Source: an uncultured virus (IMG/VR IMGVR_UViG_3300035181_000699) (lineage: Duplodnaviria > Heunggongvirae > Uroviricota > Caudoviricetes). Taken from it: a stretch of 64,000 nucleotides of DNA. Under the pieces are notes generated by a model. The model did no database searches and was not told the origin of the DNA. It saw nothing but the letters and a program-made list of their open reading frames with translations. Position 1 is the stretch's first letter, and the number at the start of each line of letters is the position of its first letter. The stretch is from the IMG/VR virus record IMGVR_UViG_3300035181_000699. One strand, written 5' to 3'. The translations under genes and the position numbers were made by a program. Positions 1 through 7,424 of this stretch are shown here, one piece after another.

Positions 1-126
1 TTACGGCTCACGCCTTACGGCTCACGCCTTACGGCTCACGCCTTACGGCTCACGCCTTACGGCTCACGCCTTACGGCTCACGCCTTACGGCTCACGCCTT
101 ACGGCTCACGCCTTACGGCTCACGCC
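1..126. repeat. Tandem array of 14-bp unit TTACGGCTCACGCC (9 perfect copies, may continue beyond the window start)
   Basis: Directly visible; a degenerate partial copy (TACGGCTTACCGC) follows; no spacers. Confidence 0.97.
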
Positions 127-178
127 TACGGCTTACCGCGTGAACGTATTTTGCCAAGCCCCGATTATTTCGCCCCGA

Positions 179-574
179 TTATTCCGCCTCCTTATTTTGC
201 GCCATGCAAGCACTTGCCAGCCTTGGCTTTGCGATAGGCCCAGCTATAGCGAAGCCCAGCCAAGTTTTAATAGCGATATCAGCCCCTAGTGCTTGGGCGC
301 GACCTATTTCTTCCAAAAATGGCCTTCGCGCGAAATAATGGTCGCCCCATTTTAGCGTTTCGCGGTTGTGGTGATAATATTCCGCCCGTGGATGGTCGAT
401 AATGTATAACCTTTTTTTGCCGTGGTAAGGCGCGTAAAAATACACTATGGCGTGGAGTTTTACCAAGCCCCTTGGGATAGCCGTAAGTCCCTTTACTCCG
501 TGCTTGGTTTTAATGGCACCCTTGGCGTGGTACACCATAAGCGCGTTATGGCGTGCTTCATAGTTTCTTCGCAT
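179..574 (-). CDS. Putative early protein, paralogue family A (unknown function)
   Basis: AGGAGG RBS; shares HAKxAIK / GLT / VYxYA / KRLxIxD / YFARxPF / TWxGF motifs with 687..1274 and 1314..1748. Confidence 0.8.
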   Translation of the reverse strand: MRRNYEARHNALMVYHAKGAIKTKHGVKGLTAIPRGLVKLHAIVYFYAPYHGKKRLYIIDHPRAEYYHHNRETLKWGDHYFARRPFLEEIGRAQALGADIAIKTWLGFAIAGPIAKPRLASACMAQNKEAE

Positions 575-686
575 TTTTAATCCTCCTTTTTGAGTGAGTT
601 AAAGCCCCTAATTATTAATTAGCGTGCCACTTGATACGCTAATGGCAAGGGGCTTGATGGCCCCTTGCCTATAGTCTATCAAGTGA

Positions 687-1274
687 TTATAATTCCGCCC
701 CTTCGCCAGGGAGGGACCATCCTTGCCACATTTCGGGCGCGATAGTTTCCCCGAGCATCCACAATCGCTTGACCTCCACGCCAAATGGCCGCCGTGCAAA
801 ATAGCGTAGATTGCCATTTCGGCGCCAGTCTATAATATACAGTCGCCGGCGGTTACGATAAGGCGCGAAGAAATAAACAAGGGCGCCATTATATACCATA
901 GATTTTTCGGCGGGGGTTAGTCCCCTAACATAACCTCTTGTTTTAATGGCCCCTTTGGCATGGTGGCAAATACTACACCGCGCGCGCGACTCATACGTCA
1001 TTGCTAACCACGAAATAGCATTGTGGCCGCGTTTCCGTATAGCTATTTCGTAGTTATCAATATCTTGCGGATGCTGATTATCGTCTACAATACTATCACC
1101 GGCCACCCGTAAGGCGTAAGGAACGTGCCCCGCTTCGCCTTCGTGCTCCTTATTATATTTTGCGGCATAATCCATTATTTCGGCGGCAGTGAGTGGTTTC
1201 GATACATCCGGTATATCGCCCCAAAAATACCGGCCCACTAAAAGCCACTTTTCCTCTTTGTCTTTTTTTGCCAT
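687..1274 (-). CDS. Putative early protein, fusion of domain B (N-terminal) and family A domain (C-terminal)
   Basis: C-terminal half aligns by eye to 179..574; N-terminal half shares AxxYNxxH...DxIVD with 1785..2009. Confidence 0.8.
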   Translation of the reverse strand: MAKKDKEEKWLLVGRYFWGDIPDVSKPLTAAEIMDYAAKYNKEHEGEAGHVPYALRVAGDSIVDDNQHPQDIDNYEIAIRKRGHNAISWLAMTYESRARCSICHHAKGAIKTRGYVRGLTPAEKSMVYNGALVYFFAPYRNRRRLYIIDWRRNGNLRYFARRPFGVEVKRLWMLGETIAPEMWQGWSLPGEGAEL

Positions 1275-1313
1275 TGCAAGCCCCTTTTTTGAGTAAGTAA
1301 AAAAGCCCCTTCT

Positions 1314-1748
1314 TTACTTAGTAAAACCCGCCCAAGTTTTGGCGTCAAGTTTCACACCCAATTTATATAATCGCGTGATTTCTTCGATAAACGGTTTTCG
1401 GGCAAAATATCGCCAAGTGTAACTCAAAATATGTCCCCTGGCATCCGTTCGGCCCACATTGCGTGAGCAATCCACCACGAAAAGCCTTTTTACACCACGT
1501 GAGACTGCGTAAAGATAGACAATCGCGCCTTGTCGTATTAATGCCTTTTCGGCTTTGGTTAGTCCTATCACGTAACCATTGCCGTGTTTCCCCCATCGAT
1601 AATGATACCATGCGCGGATACGTTCCTCCTTCGTCATGGGCGGAAGCCCCTTCGGGCTGGTATACTGCGACCGTTTAATAGCGTTTTTGGCATGATACGC
1701 CACGCAAGCCCCTGTTTTTGGTTTCGCTTCATATCTTGTCGCTATCAT
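1314..1748 (-). CDS. Putative early protein, paralogue family A
   Basis: AGGAGG RBS; YHAKNAIK, GLTKAEK, GAIVYLYA, YFARKPF motifs. Confidence 0.8.
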   Translation of the reverse strand: MIATRYEAKPKTGACVAYHAKNAIKRSQYTSPKGLPPMTKEERIRAWYHYRWGKHGNGYVIGLTKAEKALIRQGAIVYLYAVSRGVKRLFVVDCSRNVGRTDARGHILSYTWRYFARKPFIEEITRLYKLGVKLDAKTWAGFTK

Positions 1749-1784
1749 TTTTTCAATCCTCCTTTTTTGAGTAAAAGCCCCTTT

Positions 1785-2009
1785 TCAATAGTTATCTTCC
1801 ACCAAAACGGCCACGTGCCTTGACCCCGTCTTATCCACTATAATATCCGCGTGGATACTAAGCATTATGGGGTCCACGTCACCTTGCCAGTGTTTAATAT
1901 TGTACTCATGGGCCATTAGATATAGCGATTCCGTGCTATATGGCCCCTTGCAATTAGCAAGCCGATTATCCTTCAACCACCATCGGCGCTTATCGTATGA
2001 ACTAAGCAT
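1785..2009 (-). CDS. Putative early protein, stand-alone domain B
   Basis: AAGGGG RBS-like motif before ATG at 2009; similar to the N-terminus of 687..1274. Confidence 0.7.
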   Translation of the reverse strand: MLSSYDKRRWWLKDNRLANCKGPYSTESLYLMAHEYNIKHWQGDVDPIMLSIHADIIVDKTGSRHVAVLVEDNY

Positions 2010-2027
2010 TTTCAAGCCCCTTCTTTT

Positions 2028-2207
2028 TTAGTCCATGAAGGATATTTGAGGCTTAAGTACACCATAAAGCATTTCATACCTAAGCCCCGCGTAAAATTGA
2101 AAAGCCTCTTGATACGTGCTGAACCGATACTCAAGCCCCTTCCAAAAGATAGCATACCACGTTCGCCCCGTGTTTTCATCCTTTACTTTAATCGGCTTTG
2201 ATTCCAT
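2028..2207 (-). CDS. Small hypothetical early protein, first gene after the promoter
   Basis: Same AAGAAGGGGCTTGAAAATG start context as the next gene. Confidence 0.65.
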   Translation of the reverse strand: MESKPIKVKDENTGRTWYAIFWKGLEYRFSTYQEAFQFYAGLRYEMLYGVLKPQISFMD

Positions 2208-2256
2208 TTTCAAGCCCCTTCTTATTTTTGGGAGGTGACCCCCACCTCCTAATCAT

Positions 2257-2285
2257 AATATACGCCCATTTTTTCGCCACGTCAA
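2257..2285 (-). promoter_or_regulatory. sigma70-type promoter TTGACG-N17-TATATT
   Basis: Near-consensus boxes with 17-bp spacer, pointing into the leftward gene cluster; GGAGGTG/CACCTCC hairpin at 2231-2249 in the leader. Confidence 0.75.
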
Positions 2286-2329
2286 GCCCGTCAACCCCTC
2301 CGAAACCAGCGTCAATGCTACATTTTCAC

Positions 2330-2654
2330 TTTTCCACAATTTCAAAAAATAGCCCCTTAATCCCCGCAAAGCCTTGCCATTATTGAGCCCCCATAAAATG
2401 CCCTGTGGAAAACTCATTAAAAATTCCCCTTCAAAATTATTGAAACCCTTATCCTTCTTACGTTCTTTTATAATCGCCCCTAGTTTTACCCTGTGGAAAA
2501 CCTGTGCAAAAAACGCCCTTCCCCTAAGCCCCTTATTTTCCAAGGTTTAGTATTTTTACCATCTCCAAAATCCCATAACCCCGTTCCCTAACCCCCTTAT
2601 TTTTCAACACTTGCGCCCCCCTTGCGTTATAATCGCTTTTGAGCTTGTGGAAAA
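2330..2654. promoter_or_regulatory. Cluster of five DnaA-box matches (TTWTNCACA)
   Basis: TTTTCCACA at 2330 (+); reverse-strand copies at 2404, 2492 and 2646 (TTTTCCACA) and 2503 (TTTTGCACA). Confidence 0.6.
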
Positions 2655-2737
2655 CTTCCCCCTTATAATACCATTCCCCACCCTTCTTTCGCTCAATCTT
2701 GGCCTTTTTACGGCGTCACTTTTTTTGGGCGTGATTC

Positions 2738-3178
2738 CCTAACCCCCCTTAATCCCCCTTAAGCTCCCCTTCCTTATATAGTATAATCACCCCTAACCCT
2801 AAGCTCCCCCCTTGTTTTTCTTGATTCTACGCCTTAAGCCTATCGCCTAGCGCCTAACCCCCTAACCTATAACCCCCTTTAGGGTTAGGGGTGGCCGCTA
2901 TAACTCCCCCGCTTAGGCGCGGCCTAACCCCCCTAAGCCCCTAAGCCCCTAACCCCTAACCCCCCTAAGCCCCTAAGCCCCTAACCCCTAAGCCCCTAAG
3001 CCCTAACCCCCTAAGCCCCTAAGCCCCTAAGCCCTAACCCCCTAAGCTCCCTTGCGCCTAAGCCTTAAGCCTAACCCTTACGCCTTAAGCCCCTAGCGTT
3101 ACGCCTAACCCCTAAGCCTTAAGCCCCTAAGCGTTAGGCGTTAGGCCCGCCCTAGCGTAACCCCCTAACCCCCCTAAG
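2738..3178. repeat. Telomere-like degenerate repeat array (CCCTAA / CCCCTAAG / CCCTAAC)
   Basis: Dense core at about 2925-3047; the minus strand reads TTAGGG/CTTAGGGG repeats. Confidence 0.9.
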
Positions 3179-3649
3179 CGGCACTTTTACGCCGTAAAAA
3201 AGCCGATAACCCCTTTATTTCCAAGGGCTTAGGTGGGGGTGGGGGGTAAAAAAGGCGCGGCGGGGGGCGCTTAGGCTCGGCTGGCTCTCCCATACAGTCG
3301 GTATATGTAGGATGGGAGTGTTTACTTTGGTAGGGATAGAGTGCTCTGGGATGTATAGAGTACTCTAGGGCAGGGGTGTAGGTACTCTGGTATGGGTATG
3401 TAGGATGGAGGTGTTTACTCTGGGATGGGCTGAGCACTCTAGGATGCCTTAGACACTTAGAGGGAGAATGTTCAAGGTATGGGGTGCTTAGGGGTGGACT
3501 GTTTAAGATGGTATGACTCTAAGAGGGGGCAGGTAAGGTGGGAGGGGGATAAGTGCTTACCATAGGGGAGGAGGTTTTGTGGTTAGAGGTGGTGGGTGGG
3601 GGTTTAGATGGAAAATATCTGAGGTGTAGAGCGGGAGGTAGAGCAAATT

Positions 3650-3907
3650 CTATTTAGGTGGGTGATAGTGGGAGAAGAGGCGTTGGAGAGCTGCATAGGT
3701 AGATAAGGTGCAGAGGGCGTAGAAGTAAGATGTAGTGGGGTTGGTGGGGATGGAACGCAAGGTGTAGAGGTGATACTCTGGGAGGGGGTGATGGTGGGGG
3801 ACTAGCTCTAACTTATGAGGGAGCTGTATTTTAATGGAGGGTGGTAAGGAGGATAAGAATAAGGATTCACCGTCTTTAATACCTCCAATGAACAGATACT
3901 CGTCCAT
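3650..3907 (-). CDS. Hypothetical protein
   Basis: AGGAG RBS, 85-aa ORF. Confidence 0.5.
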   Translation of the reverse strand: MDEYLFIGGIKDGESLFLSSLPPSIKIQLPHKLELVPHHHPLPEYHLYTLRSIPTNPTTSYFYALCTLSTYAALQRLFSHYHPPK

Positions 3908-3975
3908 AAGAACTCCTTCTAAGGAAGTTTATGTATTCCTAGAGTACTCGTGTATCCTCCATCTCCTCCTCTCTC

Positions 3976-4010
3976 ATAGGGCCAGAAAGTTCTGGCCCTA
4001 TTCTTTTCTT
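3976..4010 (+). terminator. Hairpin with U-tract just upstream of the putative small terminase
   Basis: 12-bp stem ATAGGGCCAGAA/TTCTGGCCCTAT followed by TCTTTTCTT. Confidence 0.5.
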
Positions 4011-4030
4011 TGAGCAGAGGAGATAAATAC

Positions 4031-4825
4031 ATGAGTGAAATGAAGCTATATACACTCAAGTCGTTTGAAGGCATTGCGGTAAGCAAGGCAGACCAGCAGG
4101 AGCGCAAGAGACACTTCTTTGAATGGCTTGAACAGCCGGACAACTCCAAAACACCCAAAACCATAACGGCGTGTGAATCTGTACTCAATGTCTCCCATCC
4201 CACAATAATCAAATGGCATAAGGAATGGAAGAACCTTGTACGTCTAGGCATGCGCACAAGGGTAAAAGTGAGTCCGGAGGAAGTAACCAAGCTACTCACC
4301 AAAAGGCTCGAAGTAGTCAAGCCATACATAGAAAAGACCCAGGAGGCTGGCAAAGACCCTGTCGCCTTCTTAAGGGATACGGTCGAACTAGGGCTGTGGT
4401 ATGGCACTGCCAAGATTACAGAGAAACTAGATTCGATGCTAGACATGATTCTAATCCCTGACCAGGCCGTAGAACTCCTATCCACACTCATATCAACCCT
4501 AGACAAAATGGAACAGATGAGCATCCGCAGGAGTGGCACCATAAAAACCCAAATAAAGGAAGAAACGCTCACCAATACGTATGGTGACCTGGTTGCTGGG
4601 ATGATTCTACCTCCTTCGGGGAGGCCCGGAGAACCTCCTATTGAAATTCCAGGTGAAGCCCCGAAAGCGCTCCCTAATGACAAGCCGGACTCCGAACCCA
4701 TAGAAGGGGAAAGTGTGCCAACTCCAGAGCTAATAGAAGAAGACCCTCCCACTGAAGAAGATACCCCTCCCGGAGACAAGGATGAACCTCCGACTGATGT
4801 AGATATGCCTGGCATTGAGGTTTGA
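4031..4825 (+). CDS. Putative terminase small subunit with acidic/Pro-rich tail
   Basis: Upstream of the large terminase; HTH-like N-terminus (VSHPTIIKWH); GAGGAG RBS. Confidence 0.5.
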   Translation: MSEMKLYTLKSFEGIAVSKADQQERKRHFFEWLEQPDNSKTPKTITACESVLNVSHPTIIKWHKEWKNLVRLGMRTRVKVSPEEVTKLLTKRLEVVKPYIEKTQEAGKDPVAFLRDTVELGLWYGTAKITEKLDSMLDMILIPDQAVELLSTLISTLDKMEQMSIRRSGTIKTQIKEETLTNTYGDLVAGMILPPSGRPGEPPIEIPGEAPKALPNDKPDSEPIEGESVPTPELIEEDPPTEEDTPPGDKDEPPTDVDMPGIEV

Positions 4826-4885
4826 CCCCAAGTATCCCTACAGGCAGAGTACTCTCCGTTGCTCTCTGACGAAGAGAGCGTGGAG
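4826..4885 (-). repeat. Dispersed ~60-bp element, copy 1
   Basis: Ungapped alignment to the copies at 22529, 36935 and 62344; core GAGAGCGTGGAG. Confidence 0.75.
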
Positions 4886-4889
4886 GATT

Positions 4890-5099
4890 TTATTTGCGGA
4901 ATAAATCTTCCATTGCCTTTTCCTGACTGTCGTAAGGACCATGCTTCTTAGCAAATCTATGTCGCTGCCACCACCACTGATTACCCTTACATATCAACAC
5001 AGGCTCAAAAGGTGGCAGTCCTAGCGCGCAAAGAACTCCCAGAGCTGCTATCACTATCCCTGCACACCCAATAATCGTATAAGCTACCGTCGCGGCCAT
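4890..5099 (-). CDS. Small membrane protein inserted between the terminase genes
   Basis: AGGAGG RBS, N-terminal hydrophobic helix, own promoter. Confidence 0.65.
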   Translation of the reverse strand: MAATVAYTIIGCAGIVIAALGVLCALGLPPFEPVLICKGNQWWWQRHRFAKKHGPYDSQEKAMEDLFRK

Positions 5100-5234
5100 T
5101 GTCACCTCCTAACTAATAATTCAGTTTGAGCAGGGATAAATAAAGAGGAGAGGGTGGGGTGGCCTGACGCAGAGACATCTGCGGGGGTCTCAGGCCACCC
5201 CTAGGGGCTAGTGATGGGGGGCATCACCAAGTAT

Positions 5235-5263
5235 ATAATAGGGCTTTTGACCTAAAAAGTAAA
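5235..5263 (-). promoter_or_regulatory. sigma70-type promoter TTTACT-N17-TATTAT
   Basis: Near-consensus boxes upstream of a structured leader and 4890..5099. Confidence 0.55.
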
Positions 5264-5303
5264 GTTTCATTCCTATTCTCAGTTCTTAGCTGATGAGGTA
5301 CTA

Positions 5304-6821
5304 ATGGGTAGCCTACAGGAAACAATTGCTAAATTACCAAAACCAATCACTCCACAAGACCTATATTTGTTCTTGTACCTAGCCACCGGAGAAAATGTAC
5401 CGCACAAGGCAGTCTGTAGAGACCATCAAACTCCTTGGGATTTGATAGTCAAAGCCTTCTTCAATCAGAGCAGCAGCATCCTAGGCATTGGCAATAGGAA
5501 AGGGTCTAAGACCCGCAGCGTTGCCAAGCTAATTCTAGCAGAACTCAAGTATGTTGATGGGGTAGAAATTGCGTCTGTAGGCGCTATCGAGAAGCAGGCG
5601 AACAAATGCTACCGATATGTCGATGCCTTCCTCAAAAGAGCCTGCCCCAATGATGTAGTCAAGGCCATCAGGTCAGAGACTAGGCTGTTGAACAACTCTT
5701 CATATGAGCAGTTAGTAGGAACGGTTTCCGGAGTCAATTCTCCGCATCCCCATAAACTAAGGGCGGACGAAGTGGAGTTGATGAAGCAAGAAGTTCTAGA
5801 GGAACTTCTGCTAGTTCCTAACTCTGATGACGCTCACGGCATTCCTCGTAACACCATATTGACATCCACCAGGAAATATACCTATGGCATTGTCCAGAGC
5901 ATAGTAGACGACAAAGACAGCGATTTTGAAGTGCTGATTTGGTGTTACAAAGAAGTCGCAGAGCCTTGTAAAGAATCCCGCAGGGGCAGTGGCAAACGTA
6001 AATACATCATCAAGGACTACTACAATGTTGATGACACGGGTGCTCCTGCTGAAAAGGAGATTATTGCCTGGTCTAATTGTGGCAAATGCCCGCTCCTCCC
6101 CAGCTGCCGAGGAGACTTGGCCTACGCGGAGGGGTATCTCCCTATAGATGACCTAATCAAAGACTTCAAGTCTGTACACATCAACACTTGGATACAGCAG
6201 ATGGAATGCCGCAGGGTATCCACTGTTGGCAAGGTGTACCCGCAGTTCGATGAAGCAGTACATTGTAAGAACTTCGGGTATCAGTCCTCCTTGCCAATGG
6301 ATATATCTGTTGACTTCGGGCACCAAAACCCCAACTGCGTTGGGTTTTGGCAGGAGAATGAAGAGACCGGCGAGTTGTTCATGCTGGATGAAATATATGA
6401 AGCAGGGCTCTCTACAGACAGGCTAGCAGAGAAAATAAAGAGAAAGTTAGACCAGTGGGGGCTGACCCCTGATGACCTTAGATATGGCATAGGAGACTCT
6501 GCTCAAGCTCAGCAGATAGAAGACCTGAAGGGTTATGGCATCTACCTAGAGCCTGTCAACAAAGGCTCTCTACCCGCTGGGCTAGACAAGGTTCGTAGAT
6601 ATCTAAGCTCTCTGGCGCATGGCGTGCGCCTTTACATACATAGGAACAACTGCCCCAACACAATCAGGGAGTTCAAGAACTACCACTACAAGCGTGTTTC
6701 TCTTGCTGGTGTAGTTACTGAGGAACCAGTTAAGAAAGACGACCATGCTATGGACCAAATAAGATACTATGTAACATACATAGACTCGATGTCAAACCCT
6801 GGCCTAACCATTATTGACTGA
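5304..6821 (+). CDS. terL: Terminase large subunit
   Basis: Walker A-like GNRKGSKT, Walker B RADE, nuclease motifs SVDFG and DDHAMDQIRY. Confidence 0.92.
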   Translation: MGSLQETIAKLPKPITPQDLYLFLYLATGENVPHKAVCRDHQTPWDLIVKAFFNQSSSILGIGNRKGSKTRSVAKLILAELKYVDGVEIASVGAIEKQANKCYRYVDAFLKRACPNDVVKAIRSETRLLNNSSYEQLVGTVSGVNSPHPHKLRADEVELMKQEVLEELLLVPNSDDAHGIPRNTILTSTRKYTYGIVQSIVDDKDSDFEVLIWCYKEVAEPCKESRRGSGKRKYIIKDYYNVDDTGAPAEKEIIAWSNCGKCPLLPSCRGDLAYAEGYLPIDDLIKDFKSVHINTWIQQMECRRVSTVGKVYPQFDEAVHCKNFGYQSSLPMDISVDFGHQNPNCVGFWQENEETGELFMLDEIYEAGLSTDRLAEKIKRKLDQWGLTPDDLRYGIGDSAQAQQIEDLKGYGIYLEPVNKGSLPAGLDKVRRYLSSLAHGVRLYIHRNNCPNTIREFKNYHYKRVSLAGVVTEEPVKKDDHAMDQIRYYVTYIDSMSNPGLTIID

Positions 6822-6831
6822 GGAGAAGCCT

Positions 6832-7398
6832 ATGGACCTCAAAGCTCTAGAAAAAGATATCCTTGACGTTACTGTTGATACCTTCATGTCTGTCATAGCT
6901 GAAGGTGTCCAACTCCGCAAGTTCAATGGAGTTGTTATACACCACTCTTACTACCCAGACAAGCCTTTGTGGGGCAGGGACTATGCTCGTATATTCAACC
7001 AGACCCAGAAATATGCTTGCGGGTGGTCCAATGGGCTTGGGAATCACTTTGTTATTACTCACAACCCAGACAACCCTAAAGAAATCCGCATCCAGTGTTC
7101 CTCTAGATGGGTGAGGCAAATACCTGCTTCTCACACGCTCAATCGTAAAGGCATAAAATTGACTGAGGGCGGGGAGGCTAAAGCAGTGAAGCCCAACGAA
7201 AGCATGATTGGGATTTGCTTTGTGGGCAACTATGATATCAACACCTTGCCTCCGGAGACCTACCTGGCAGCAAAGCCCTTTGTTGATGTGCTTTTGCGTA
7301 ATGCCAATATTCCTAGAGAGAACATATTTGGGCACTACACCTTTGACTTTAAGTCGTGCCCTGGTCGTAGATTTGATGTATCATTCTTCCGAAGGTAG
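6832..7398 (+). CDS. N-acetylmuramoyl-L-alanine amidase (Amidase_2/PGRP-like)
   Basis: VIHHS, HFVI, IGICFVGNYD, GH and KSCPG zinc-amidase motifs. Confidence 0.88.
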   Translation: MDLKALEKDILDVTVDTFMSVIAEGVQLRKFNGVVIHHSYYPDKPLWGRDYARIFNQTQKYACGWSNGLGNHFVITHNPDNPKEIRIQCSSRWVRQIPASHTLNRKGIKLTEGGEAKAVKPNESMIGICFVGNYDINTLPPETYLAAKPFVDVLLRNANIPRENIFGHYTFDFKSCPGRRFDVSFFRR

Positions 7399-7424
7399 TT
7401 CACAGGCCACTCAAGGAGCCTGCA

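Noticed and set aside
1..126. CRISPR array
   Set aside because: The repeats are contiguous with no spacers, and no cas genes are present
2253..2543. 96-aa minus-strand ORF
   Set aside because: TTG start with no clear RBS; it spans the promoter and DnaA-box region and is probably spurious
2738..3178. True eukaryotic telomere or contamination
   Set aside because: The units are degenerate and mixed, internal to the sequence, and grade into flanks of the same composition; read-level confirmation is still needed
3174..3437. 87-aa Pro-rich ORF
   Set aside because: By-product of G-rich low-complexity repeats
3919..4815. 298-aa minus-strand ORF
   Set aside because: Antisense shadow of the putative terS; the Ser/Gly bias mirrors its acidic/Pro tail
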